Below, in pieces: positions 36,029 through 49,318 of a stretch of DNA of 64,000 nt. Within the stretch, counting starts at the first letter, position 1. Each line of letters opens with the position of its first letter. The notes below the pieces were generated by a model. The model ran no database searches and had not been told where the DNA came from. It saw nothing but the letters and a program-made list of their open reading frames with translations. The stretch is taken from assembly GCA_047967505.1 (NCBI GenBank), contig CM106538.1; one strand, 5' to 3'. The position numbers were made by a program, and so were the translations under genes. The stretch comes from Dipteris shenzhenensis. Lineage: Eukaryota.

Positions 36029-38143
36029 AACTTAGCTCAAGATGATCCTAGAAGGCCAAGAGGCTTGTTAAATGTAGGCCATTTTTTCATGAAAATGCAC
36101 CAAAGGGATGTTTCACATTGACATTCTTGAAATACATGGTTCTAGATCATAAGACAATCCAAAGCAATTGTGAAAATCAAGGCTGTCACCATACCTTGAT
36201 TAGCCACACAAAGGATACCACATGGTATCATGAATTTGACCACCAAAGGTTTTATTACCATGATCAGCAAAACAACAACTTGTATGCCTTTTTCTCATCC
36301 AATGAACATGCACCAATGAACATGCATTTCTGCCTCTTGGGTTTGCCCTACAACATTCATTGGGAACTTTCACAAACGACCACGTTCTTTCTTGCTATAA
36401 CACTATTTTGTTTTAGCTTTTCATAGTAGGAGTCTTCCTCAAAATGCTCTTGCTCTAGTAAACCTTGCAAACTTTTGTGACAAGTATCCTCTACTTCTTT
36501 ACTTTGCTTTTCTATAATTGACCATCAAAGGTATTGTCTGCGAAATGCTCATATCCATTCTTGGTTGTACATCAGATAGATAAGCTTCCTAATCTCTCTT
36601 TGATGTTTGCATATATGTTTTATTTGCTTGAACAATGCACAACCTCAATCTAGAAGTGCTCTTGGCCATCGACTAGGTGTTGGATCTGCTCCTAGAAGAT
36701 TACCTAGACACCTGCAACTCTAGGTACTAGGTGTTACAAGAATGGCCACATTGACTAGTGTTTGATTTAGGAATGAAGACCCAAGGGATTTGTTTGCTTA
36801 GCCTTCTAGTGGAGATAGCTCAAATCCATGGTGTGTTTGATTTGAGGGATGTCAATGAAACCCCTTTGATATTGAATGGGTTTCACATAGATATTCTTGA
36901 AATACGTGGTTCAAATTGCCTTTGTCTTCCAATCCATAAAGCTCTCCTTCAAGATGGATGACCAAATCAACCATGTGTTTGGGTTGGTTGCTATGAGCCT
37001 TTTTGGAACTTTAGTGGAAACTAAACATGTATCAATTTAAAAGTGGTTGCTTATACCTTAGGAAGGAAAAATTCTCCTTTAAATGCCTCTTTTATCTACC
37101 ACATGTGAATACATTGTGTCTTCAGGATATATTTCTCACATTACTATGTTTCATGTGAGTTGAGACCGTTAAGATTTGAATTTGACCTATCCCCTTACTT
37201 CAAAATATGGCGAATTCTTTGAAGTGATTATGTTGAGGCAAACACAAAAAATGACCACCAATGTGCTAGTTCAAACTCTAACAACTCCACAAACTTACAT
37301 AGATACTTGAGAGATTGGAAAACAACACTGGTATAATTGGTTATGCTGATCCAAATAAGTACATTGGTGGAATTTCTAATAGAAGTAAAGAGACTCTATG
37401 AAGATAGGTCATTGCCTTGAAGCTTGCGCCAAAGTTCTATTTTTGTACTTTTGAGAGCTTTGGCTCTCTAGTTGATGCTTTTACACCTTAAGGGTAAAAT
37501 GAACCCATGTTACTATTTTCGAAGCTATCGATCTATTGGATAGATTGCAAGCTAGCTTGTAATGCCTAATTTATGATATGCTTTATGAAACAGCTGTTGG
37601 AGCTTCTCTCTCACTTCAAGAGCCACTCTATGGCTTTTGCAACCTTATGTAACATTGATTATGCTTTAAGAACTTTTGCAACATTATGGAACATTGGTTA
37701 TACTTTAAAATATAGTAATTCTAACAAAAGAGCCAATTTGGATTTTGATTTTTTGTAGCCAGAGCCTTAGTCCTCTTTGTTGCCCACCATGAACATCTGG
37801 AAGATGTCTTTGAACATCTCTATAATGATCTATCTTAACCTCTTAGTAGCTTGTGGATGCTCTTGTGCTCTTAAGTCATTCATATCTTTTCTTTAGACAT
37901 TTGGGATTGGCTCCTTCCCACCCAACAAGAGATTTCAATATCCTTATCTCTCTAAGCCATTTTGTCACAACCTCTCCAAGCCTCACTAAGTAAGATAAAA
38001 GTGGATGTGTCCTAGCATTTTCTATGTGTGAGTTTTGCTTCCTCTATACATCTTGATAACTGTTTGAAAACAAAATGTAACAAACTGTTTGAAAATAGAA
38101 TGTAACAAACTTTTTTACCCATTTCTTTTAGGTGTGTGCGTGC

Positions 38144-38157
38144 ATGTGTGTGTGTGT

Positions 38158-38229
<72 letters not shown>

Positions 38230-38290
38230 AGGGAGAGATAGAGGGAGAGGGAGAGAGAGGGGGAGGGAGGGAGGGAGGAAGGGAGGAAGG

Positions 38291-38354
<64 letters not shown>
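38144..38354. repeat. Compound (GT)n/(GA)n/(GGGA)n microsatellite
   Basis: Direct reading; a further (GA)n tract lies at 35988-36024. Confidence 0.95.
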
Positions 38355-38359
<5 letters not shown>

Positions 38360-39774
38360 ACACCATATATTGAGCATATATTAGCTTTTTAATGGATCAT
38401 GTGGTTTGGTTTAATACTTTTAAGCTTTTGCATGTCTAACTAAAATTCAATTGGATTCTGTTTCATGAAGTTTGAATTTCCAAACTTGGATCTTCTCATA
38501 GAAACTTCAAAATTTTTAGATTAGAACATGCGTTTTTTGTACTTACCACATACACTACATTTCTAGATATGTTAAATTTGTACATCATATCCGTTGCATG
38601 TGTTACGTATGCTCCTCTAATCATGGCACCCGTCTAGCATAGAAGGTGAAGCTTTTGATGGTAATTCATAGACACAATTTGCAATATATAATAAGTGTTT
38701 GTGAGAATTCTCTCTCTCTCTCTCTCTCTCTCTGTCTGTTTGTAGGTGAAGCTTGCTATTTGTTAGGCTAATGGGTATGCTCAGGACAATGAACTTCTAC
38801 TCATATTCTGATACTTCAACAAAGGTAGCATCCATGACATGCTTGTGTCTACCTCTTTCCATACTTACCCTAGTTTATAAAAAATTTATCACCAAAATAG
38901 GAGACTTGAAATGAGTGAAATGAATGGAGGTTTGTAGTCTCAAAGTTACACATAAGATTGTTCTATCAATGAGTATTATAGATTACCGTAGTGACAATTG
39001 CCAATGCATTGCAAGAGGTGCACTTGTTTAGCTTTATGCATGTTGATTCGAATGGCTATAACTATATGCCAGATTTCTTTCTAAAAGAAGCATATGCAAC
39101 TTGAGATCATCGATTGGAGAAGGACATTGGGTGCCCTCTGAGTAAAATCCAACATAAGATTTATATTCATATGAAGATACAAAGACATCCCTAGGCATGC
39201 TAGCAAGCTTGCATTAAGAGATAGAGACTTCCCCACAACCATGAAGACATTCAAGGCTCTCCAAGGGTGATGAAGCTTAATCCATGAATGACATTGGGGA
39301 CATACACAATTTGAGCTTATAGGATTGTGGACAGAGACTGAGTCATAATACTTGAGTAATCATAATGCTTGAGTAGAACTACCCCAAACCCAAGTCATTG
39401 CAAAGACAGAAAATAACTACCTGGGAACTAGTTCCACCCCAAAGCTCCACCACAATGAAATGGAGAAATGGACATGGCATGGGATTTATAGATACATAAC
39501 TAACAAGGATGAAAAAATTGTGTATGCACCCGCCCTACATATGGAACCCAAAAAATGTACGAGATTACATCTAGAAAAGGGTTCTTGATTTTGTTTAAAT
39601 AAAGTATGAATGAAATTACTTCATTTTAATAGAGTAAACCTGAGACTTCAAGCAATTATGTTGATCTGATGATCTTAGTCTATGTAAATCCATATCCTTG
39701 ACCCAATCTACCTTTGTTCATTGTTCCCATGTTTGATAGCCTTCTCTTGTTCCCACCATTGACACCCTACTAGC

Positions 39775-40101
39775 ATTCCATGCAACCCAAAAACGGCCTC
39801 AAATCTCTCCAAGTGGGATTAAAAGATTCCTTATCTACAATTGTTTGATTCAAATATTTATCAATTCTCAAGTATCGATAAAATGTATCCATGACAGCAA
39901 GATTAAAAGATTCCTTATCTACAATTGTTTGATTCAAATATTTATCAATTCTCAAGTATCGATAAAATGTTATCTTTCCATGCAACCCCAAAAATAGCCT
40001 CAAACCTCTCCAAATGGGATTAAAAGTTGCCTTATCTACAATTGTTTGATTCAAATATTTATCAATTCTCAAGTATTGATAAAATGTACCCATGATAGCA
40101 A
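39775..40101. repeat. Local tandem duplications (three copies of a ~68-bp core)
   Basis: attaaaag.t.ccttatctacaattgtttgattcaaatatttatcaattctcaagtat.gataaaatgt at about 39818, 39902 and 40019. Confidence 0.9.
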
Positions 40102-41959
40102 GAGTAATTTCACCCCTACGATTAAATGTGCCTATAGCTATGGGCAAATCCAATCATAGGGATTGGCTTTATGTGCAGTCATCAGTGAATCTGGTCATTG
40201 GAATCACATTACTGCTAGTCTCCATCATTGAATTAGCATGTGCATGTGTTCTAATATGATCCTTAGGATTGGATAAGCATGCAAAGTATGGGTTATCTAG
40301 TCTCAAGGATCGGATTAGCTTGCATTGCCAGGAAGAAAATTAGCATGTAGGTGCATGCACATCTAATATAAGGATCAGCTTTGTAAGCATTTGCATGCGA
40401 TCTTAAGGGTCAACTTTGCATGGAGTAGCATGTGGATTCGACTACATAAGAATATTAATCCTATCTTGAGGATACATTAGCATGCTAATCCCATCCCTGG
40501 GATTTGTCTTTCCCACTTTTGCAAGCAATTCCAATCCTTGGGATCGAATTTGCTTGCAACTATGGGAAAAACTCAACCCCTAGGATTAGATTTTCAATGA
40601 ATTTATAGCGTTTAGTTTTGCACTGAAAAACTTGATAATTCCAACAAAAAATTTCATGCTACCGTAAGTTTTCCTTGTTACGAAGAAGGACCTTTTCACG
40701 TATAAACTTCATGGTACCCTAATTTTTCCTTGTTTTAATAAGAAGGGTCAGAAGAACCCTTCTGACAGCATCCGACCCACCGTTGTGCTCCCTTGTCTTT
40801 TCTAGAGGCTTGTCATCTTATTAAAGTGAGGACCAAGCCAAGGTCTTTGATAGTGAAGTCCAAGCTCTTTGCCTCTCATGGCTAGAAGCATAGGTTGATC
40901 AACGATTCGTTTCCATCTTTCCAATAGAGCGATTTTTTTTTTAACAGACCAACTCACTCCTTTGAGTCATGAGTACCTCACCCACATATGGTACATGGAA
41001 TTTAGTGACTCCAAAAAACTTATATCTTTTATGGGGTAGGGGTGCAATGGAGAAAAAGGATGAGAGGAACTTTAAATGTTGTGGCACTATGGGGGAGCTG
41101 CAATACAACGAGGACGATAGCTCCCAAATTTCCATCATTTTCTTGAGCAATGTCATCTGATCTCCAAAAAAGGTGGTGGGTAGCAAGAGGACTTATGAGT
41201 TATCATTAATCAATCTTAGATAGCAATTTTAGGAGGCCATAAGAAATAACTCCAATATTTTACCTTACCTTGCTTCTTACATGTTCCCAAAGTAGTTGGA
41301 AGTGTTAGATCCATTTATGTTAAGAGAAGCAAAAGAAGAGGATTCCCTCCAAGTTTAGAAGGGTCAAGAATGAAGAGTAAGCTAATTACAAAGAAGGTCT
41401 AGGTAGCACTTTTGGACACCATCGATGAGGACAAGGACAAATAGGTTGATGCAGTCACTTTGTCCCTCATCTTCGGGATGGTGGAGACCTAGCAAAACAT
41501 CTTACAAGAAGATATGTGGCTTCACAAACTCGTTGTTGACATTTGGACTTTGGAGCTACAAGTGAAGAAATGTGATAGGCCCCCTCTTAACCCTTGCTAC
41601 TCGATGATAAACTTTGGAAATCAGAGAGCCACATCCAGTCCAAGTGGCAAATTTGAGAGCAAGTTAAAGATCAATACCTTTGCCAACATCTTCCTATTTC
41701 TTGTCATGATAGATCCTAGACAACGCCTTAAGAAGATTTGTTTTGATACTATTGCATAGGCTTTTCTTATTCACAAACCTCATTAGACATATTATTAGAT
41801 TTGTGCTCTTTAACTAGTAGCACTAGATAAATAGCAATTGCACTTTCAAATAACTTCATCTTCTAGTGCTTTCCTATTGCATAGGCTTTCCTTATTGACA
41901 AATCTCATTAGACATATTATTAGATTTGTGCTCTTTATCTAGTAGCACTACTACTATCT

Positions 41960-42575
41960 CATTGAAGCTCATATTATCTTTCAACTTGAACCAAATTACC
42001 TTGGAAATATTTACAAAATTTTAGATAAACTAGAAATTAAAATTGCATTCGCACCATTATCATCAACTTTTACACCCATTTGTTGTAACCTTGCTACTAT
42101 GCATTCCTAGACACTCATAATTCTTCATTCACCCTGTCTTAGAATGTTTCACCTTGCTTCTAAAAAGAACATCAAGGTTAGTCCATACCTTTGTTGCCAT
42201 CTAAGCAGAATTTGCCTAATGCATGTAACCTCCAAGACCTCAAGCCATAACTCCTAGACTCTTCTTGTTTTTCCTCCCACTATGCTATCCTCTCAATAGT
42301 TAAATAATTTGGTATTTGTCACCATTGACTGTGCTCTAGTTGGATGCTTGTCACCATTAACTACTACTGTCTAGCAAGATTGTTCTATGAGGTGCACTTG
42401 CATGGTCATCTTCCATAAATGAAAGTTGAGCAATTGAATTCTTTAATACTCAAAACGTTTGAATTGTGAGTCTCCCATATTGATTAGTTCACCACTTAGC
42501 ATAAGCATAGGGAGGATTTTTGCTAAACCTTGCTCATGCAATCCTTCAACTAATCATGGTTATTATACCAATTGA
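41960..42575 (-). mobile_element. Highly decayed Copia gag remnant with a PBS-like site
   Basis: ARLQQMGVKVDDNGANAILISSLSK resembles Copia gag (UBN2-type). TGGTATAA lies at 42563-42570 (minus). Confidence 0.5.
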
Positions 42576-45500
42576 GAGAGTAGATATGCTATTACACCAA
42601 CTCCTAACACACTCACTAGCCAAATATTTGACCATATCCATGTTTCTTACAAAAGAGAAACTAGAAAAGGATAAAATGAGATAGAGAATAGAAGATAAGT
42701 AAATAGAAGAAAAGCTAACTACAACTCAAGACAGGGAGTGACAGTTATTTTATAATTTATGTATATACTTCTGTTACATAGTCATTGTGCTTAGGCATAT
42801 CTTTGATTTCTTTAATTTTTTTCCTAATCTTTCATAATAGAAAATCCAAAATCTACTTATTAAGCGCAATTTAAGAGGGGGTGCAAGCCACATAAAATGA
42901 ATTGTCTCAATTGCACATATGTTTAAAGGGAAAAAGTTAGTGGACTAAAGGGAATAGCCCACTTTTCAAATTAGTATGTGTGTGTATGTGTTGCACTCCT
43001 CTCTCTCTTACCTCTTTTTCCAACATAGTTTGGGAGCATTGCTAGACTTTGAGGTGTTGCAATACAACGTTATTGGTTGAACCTCTACACTAACAAATAT
43101 TGGGCAAGAGAAACTAATTCCTCCCTTTTAGGAGAGTTGACATGCCCCAATCCTTGAGTTGCATTGAGAAATAGGTTTTAAGAAGGGCTTGAGATGGGGC
43201 CCGATTTCTTGAAATGCTTTGCAAGGTTGGGAAGGAATTTAGCATGTCTCGTTCACATAAAATATGAAATGGATCTATGAATTCGAGAACTTTTGTGATA
43301 CAGATGGGAGAAAGAATTGGAAAATGTAGGCAAGCAAGAAAAGGGGACTGTTACATGAAATAACCCTTATATTATCCCAAAATAAATCCTTATTGAACTT
43401 CTATTAACAATGAATCTACATAGGAACAAGTCCAAGTTTGATGATTATAGTCAAAGATCACTTAGTCCCCGAAGAGGACCAATAAATGCAAGAGGAAATA
43501 TAAAAAATTGAATCTGCAAAATCATATCCATTTTTAATTTTAAAAAATTGAGAGCTAATATGGTTTAAAATGTTTGTGGTCAACTGACAAATAGTTAAAA
43601 AAATTAGAGAGCTACCAATCCGATAATGTTACTATAGCATGTAAGAAGAAAAAAGGATGTTTTCTTTTCTAGCTCTGAAATCACGGTAGAAAAACAAGGT
43701 GGTGAACCATTGTGGCCTTGTTTTTGATCAAATCTTAGTCTATCAAAAGTTTAAAAGGAATTGCAAGGTAACCGCATTGTAAAAAGGCTTTATGCTCAAA
43801 AGAGGCTTCCACATAATGCCATCTCATATGACAGTTGGATACCTTAATAGATTTCTCCAATCACTATAGGGAAAATCTGCCCAAGGAATCTTCTGTAAAA
43901 CACTTAAACCACTACATTATAACTACATCAATGTTCTGGTGTAAATTTTCCAAACCCCCTGCTTGCCAAGACTGAGGTGTAAGCGTACAAAGCTTAAATT
44001 TAACGAATGCATCATATAATATTGGAAGGTCCAACTTTCATACACCATATCTTCTTACTGAAAACTAATAAAATCAGAATCTTAGCAATCACATAAATCT
44101 TATGTGAACATCCATCCCAAGCATCAACAAAATACCTTTTCTGTTCAACGACCACAATCTTGAGAACTCATAGACCTAAAAAAGCTAATATTAGTAGCCC
44201 TAATACATGATTTGCCCAATGAATAGTAGGAAAAAACAAAGATTCAAACTTAAGAGGCATGGCTACATAATAATGGCAAGGCACGAATAGGGCCATCTTG
44301 ACCCGTTATATGCTTTTGCTTTTTTTCATATAAATCTCTTTCTATGCTATAAGTCTTGTCCATCAGAGATCCAACCATCTTGTGACGAAACATTGCTATA
44401 CACAAGGCAATATAAATGCCACTTGAGAACTCCAATATAAGAGGAAGTATTAACAACGCACCAGATGAGCAACACATAGAGAGTAGCAAACAACAAGAAA
44501 ACCAGACTGGAAGGGAGGATAAAGAGGGGTCGTTGGTAGGCAAAAATGAGTAGGAAAAGTTTCTATAGGGAAAGATTAAAAAAAAAGTACAAGGACAGGC
44601 ACCAACACACATACCTTGAGTGGACAGGAAAGAAAAATCAATGAAAGAAGGCAACAAAAAGGTAGAAGAGCAGTGTGGAGAGAGTTCAAAGGGATGCAAA
44701 AAGATAAGCAGATTAGGAAAAGCTCACAACCAAAGAGAGCCCCACGAATTAGTTGCACTCAGACCAACAAAATCCTGCAAAGGGTCAAAAGCCAGTTGGT
44801 GCACGAAAAAGAACCCTAGGGGCAGTTGCAACAATTTACTTAATGTAGTTTGAATGCTTAGGGCGAAGCTTAGAAGTGGCACAATCCTAGAAATCCTTGT
44901 AGTAGGCACCCTCCCTAGCATATACACACACACACATAAACGTATATACATATACATATGTATACATATACAACAATCGCACTGATATGGTAACTAAAAC
45001 CCCAAAGCCCTCTAATTATATAAGTTCGGGACTTTTATTCATAAGAGATATGACCCTTTGAGCATGTTAAGGCAGAGTGCAACATGCACAATAAAAAGTG
45101 CAAACTGTTGGAGGAATGTTTGGGGTTTGTACTATACCTAAACTATCATTAAGTTGACACTAAGGAAGGCTTGGAGATGCAAGAGGATGAGGAAGAAGAT
45201 GAGAGGCCCTTCGACAACGCAGCAACAAAATGAAACTCATAATGAAAACCACAACCTAACAAAGCTCCTGGCATCCTTTGGAACATTTTCTTTCCAATAA
45301 GACACAAAAGCCGCTTGGACCATCTGGAAACCTTTTTTCACTCTTCAGTTGCATGCCTACTTTGATGACCTTCCAGGATCTATAAACCACAGTCACACTA
45401 AATCGAGCTTGCATGTGGAATCTCTTGTTTCCTTTAGAATTGCATGTTCGTCTCAAGGACCTTCCACCACCTACACAACACAGTTTCCAAACTCAGATTG

Positions 45501-45930
45501 GCTAATATAAGAATCATAATTGAAAACTCCTATACGCATACCATTAAACATCGAGCACCATCACGAAGGATCGATCCACAGTGCTTCCAAGAGCTTTCCA
45601 CCAGAGAACCACCATGAAGGATCGGCACATCAGTTGGAAGACCTTCCCCGAACTAGCTACACAACGAGCCAGCCACGAAATGATCCATAGACGAAGCAGA
45701 GCCAAGCTTGAGAGTCGCAGAACGAGGCGTAGGAGGAAACGAGGAAAGCGTGGCCTTAAACGTTAGGGGCAACTAGCCCTAAACTAACCTTAAGCAGCGC
45801 AAGTAACAATAAAGCACGACACCAATCTCGCACTAACGCTAAACACCCCAACTAACAACTAACATAAAGAAAAATTACCCACAAGTTTTTATTATATTGT
45901 TTTCTAGACGACCATTGTCCTTGTTGCAAG

Positions 45931-45957
45931 TATATAAAAGGGAAGGGTAAACCCTAA
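45931..45957 (+). promoter_or_regulatory. TATA-like box and telo-box upstream of the RS2Z gene
   Basis: TATATAAAAG at 45931-45940 and AAACCCTAA at 45949-45957, within a CpG-retaining stretch (~45550-46700). Confidence 0.5.
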
Positions 45958-47311
45958 GAGATTGTGGCCGTCGGATGCAGGGAGCGGACGGTTAGGAAGG
46001 GCTCTCATATACGCCGACGCCCTATCTACTTTTTCTTCCGTATCCCTTTACTGAACATCATCTTTTTGCGAGTCCATTCCAAAGCGTTTTTGCCGATGAT
46101 CCTCGTTGCTTAATCCGACGCTCTTTGGTTCTGCTTCAATTGCCGCTTTCATCCGGTACTTGCCTACCCTTGCCTCTCCTCCCTTTCGTTTGAACTTAAT
46201 TTTTGCATCTTCCACCTGTAATCCCTCGGTCGATTCCGGAGGTTGTCGGAGAATATCTCACTGCTGCGGTTGGATACCGTTGTGTCACATTTTCCCTCAA
46301 TAATTCGTCGAAGGTCTCATTCGGTGGCACCCGAACGTTTTTCCTCTTATCTGATAAGGCTACGTAGCGCAATCCGTTGCGAAATGCGAAATTCTGCAGG
46401 CTGCCCCTGTTTTCTAGGGTTGTTTGTGATTCCGGAGATTTCTAGATGCTATGTTGCGCACTGTCGCTGCCCCTGTGGTTTCTAGGGGTGGCTGTGATTG
46501 TGGAGATTTCCAGATGGCTGTGTCGCGCACCGTCTTATCTCGACAGCATAGCTTCCGTCATGCCTTAAGTATTTCGTCAGACGTTTGAGCTCTATGATTT
46601 GCGTTTTTAGGAAGCGGTCTTATCATTGATACTTCCTTGGCCGAACGAATTAGGTGCGATTTGTTTCACTCTTTAAATGACGTCCAGCAAAGTCTTTGTC
46701 AAAGAAGACGTGATGATTATAGTTAAGTAGTGTCTCACGGAGCTAAATGAAAACAGGGACCGCTTTCAAGGGTTTGACCGAATTTTGGTATTTTGACCCT
46801 GGCAAGCCACGTGTCCTTGCAAGACACATATGGGTAGAAGATTTTTTATTGCCTTCATAGCCTTCAGAGATTGTCATTTGATATGAATGGCGTAGACACC
46901 TTCGTAGATCGTTGTGTATCAGAATAACTACGGGCTTGCTTATGCCTCTGTAAGGGGTTTGCACCCGCGTTCTGTCCCTTGCCTCTCTCTCTGAAGAGGT
47001 ATCCAATATCTCAAGTTTGGGGCTTGTTAAATGTTTAGACTCGAAAAGGACAAGCTGAATTTGAGTAGCGCCAGGCTCACGCTTTATGTATTCATTGACA
47101 CAGCTGACATGCAAGTTCGGATAGGATTTGCACATTACTACAAAGTTTAAGTTCTTGAAGATGCATTTCAAGGCTGGAATTCTAGTTAGGCACGACGTTA
47201 ATGCAAAAGTTCTGCCTCTTGTATTGAGTAGTCTATTTGCTCTTCTGTGAGGTTCACATACTGACGTTGCAAACTTTATTTTTCTGCCATAGGATTTTGA
47301 CAAGTTTTAAC

Positions 47312-49318
47312 ATGCCAAGATATGACGAGCGATCTGGTCCCACGCGGCTGTATGTGGGACGTCTTTCTACCCGAACTCGCAGCCGTGATCTTGAAGATCT
47401 TTTCAGCAAGTATGGCAGGTAAGGAAAGGGCCAAAGGCAGCCATCCTCTAGCTGCTTTATATGTAATTGGTGGCTGCAAAGTGCTTGAAATGAATCCTTC
47501 TTTGTCGGGGCAGATATGAAGAGTTAGTTGCATGATGCTAGATGCGTTTTAGGCTTTTTTATAGGATCTTGGTATGCACTTTCAGGGAGCCCAGGGCCCT
47601 TTTGTTATATATTTGTATTTTCCAGTCCTCAATGTTCCTGGCCAGACCAGTGTCACGCCTAATGGGGAGGGAAGACAGTTTACAACAATGTCAACATGTC
47701 AAGGAAAAACGATTTGTGGCAGTAGGTCCAATTGTTAACTTTAGTGATGTTGTTGAAGGTTTGGTGGGTTTTCGCCCGGCCTGGAGGTTAATGTTGAGAT
47801 TGGCCATGGTGGCATTGGTGGCCATACTTGCAAGGGTTAATGGGGACACCTTGGCGCATCTAGGCGTGCTTCTTTATGTATATCCGTTCGTACATTGATG
47901 GATTGGCGAGGGTGGAAAATGGTGTTTGGTTCATCTGATGCGCGGTGTATGGTGACCTGCTTGACATGGTGCGCTGCTCTTTTTTTCTGGCACGCCTTGA
48001 CGCAGAGTTCGAGATGTGGATCTGAAGCACGACTTCGCCTTCATTGTGCGTAAAACTCAACTCTATTTATATTTCGGTATTATCTATTATGTTGCTAATC
48101 ATTCAGGAGTATTTCAAAGCAGAGTTGTGACCAAGGATTCAGGAAACCCTACTGCAAGATTTATCTTTGTTCTGGCATGATTGACAAGAGATAACAGCTT
48201 GGATGTTAGTTGACTACCTTGGTCATGCAGGACTTTAGTGATCCCCGGGATGCTGATGAAGCGCGACACTATTTGAATGGACGAAGCTTTGATGGTAGTC
48301 GTATTGTGGTGGAGTTTGCTAGACGGGTATGTTCCTTGGAGCTTTGAATCTTTGATTCATTAGACCAGCTATATTTTTGTGCTTGGGTTTTAGAATCTAA
48401 AGTTTTCGGTACTCCCAAATGGTAGCCTTTAAAGATTATACAAGACCTTCTGTTTCCTGAGCCAATGACAAAGTTTAGTTTTGGGTGTTGCAATTTAAAA
48501 CAGTTTTGGGTTCATGGTGTTTTTTGGAACTTGTACACAATATTTGTTCCAGGATTTCTGTTGTTTTTTGTAGAAAGTCTTTATCACGGGTTATGCTGTT
48601 TGACAGGGGCCTCGGGGTGCTGGTGGTTCAAGGGAATATCTAGGAAGAGGTCCTCCTCCAGGGACAGGGCGATGCTATAATTGTGGTCATGATGGTCATT
48701 GGGCGAGAGATTGCAAAGCAGGAGACTGGAAAAACAAATGTTACCGCTGTGGACAGCGAGGGCACATTGAGCGAAATTGCCGCAGCAGCCCAAGGTTATC
48801 CTCGAGGCGGGTTCAGCTTCAATTCGTGGAAAGCTTACCTCTCTGCTATATACTGATCCATACTCATGGGTTTATTTGGTGTAGGTCCAATGGAAGTCGT
48901 TCACGATCTCGCTCCCGCTCTCCATCGGCAGGACAGCGAAGGAGCCGGAGTCGTAGTTATAGCCGAAGCCGCAGTGTCAGGTTTGCCAGCTTGACTTGTT
49001 TGTGTTGCAGGATGGCTCTGGAAGTCAAGTCTTATTATTACTGTTTCTTGCAGCCAATCTCCAAGAAATGAAGGTCGCAGTCCCGCACCGGAGCGTCGAG
49101 CCAGGAGTGGAAGCCGTAGCCTGTCTCATACCCCCCCTCGACGGGAAGTGCTAAGCCGTTCCCGTAGCCCTGCGGTAAATGGGCAGAGTCCCAATGGCAG
49201 TCCACGTCAGGATGCCGGACGGAGTGAGAGCGGTAGTCCAATCCGTGATGTTAATAATCACAAGGAGCATAGATCTCCTGCTAGAGATGAGCACAGTCCT
49301 AGCCAATCGGGTGATTGA
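47312..49318 (+). CDS. RS2Z: Serine/arginine-rich splicing factor, RS2Z subfamily (RRM, two CCHC knuckles, RS/SP tail), ~263 aa; join(47312-47418,48006-48045,48231-48326,48607-48794,48885-48980,49054-49318)
   Basis: [115 protein letters not shown] repeats. GT-AG introns with consistent phases give an open 792-nt frame. A 5'UTR intron acceptor is at 47292. Confidence 0.95.

Noticed and set aside
36150-36960. Copia-like words (KCMFIG..KAYK, ELYGL) on the minus strand
   Set aside because: Probably old Copia debris, but order and boundaries could not be established.
38012-38392. SL/ER-repeat ORFs
   Set aside because: Translations of a (GA)n microsatellite.
38745-39130. PPR-like peptide hints (GYAQDNE)
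   Set aside because: Too short and degenerate to support.
39770-40153. 127-aa repeat-containing ORF
   Set aside because: Product of local tandem duplication; no start context or domain.
45560-45660. Possible miRNA hairpin (cttccaa/ttggaag)
   Set aside because: Pairing is short and discontinuous, and no known miRNA was recognised.
46743-47303. 186-aa antisense ORF
   Set aside because: Lies in the RS2Z 5'UTR intron on the opposite strand, with no recognisable motif.
49001-49010. Alternative acceptor tgtgttgcag in the last RS2Z intron
   Set aside because: It would give a 30-nt intron, too short for plant splicing.
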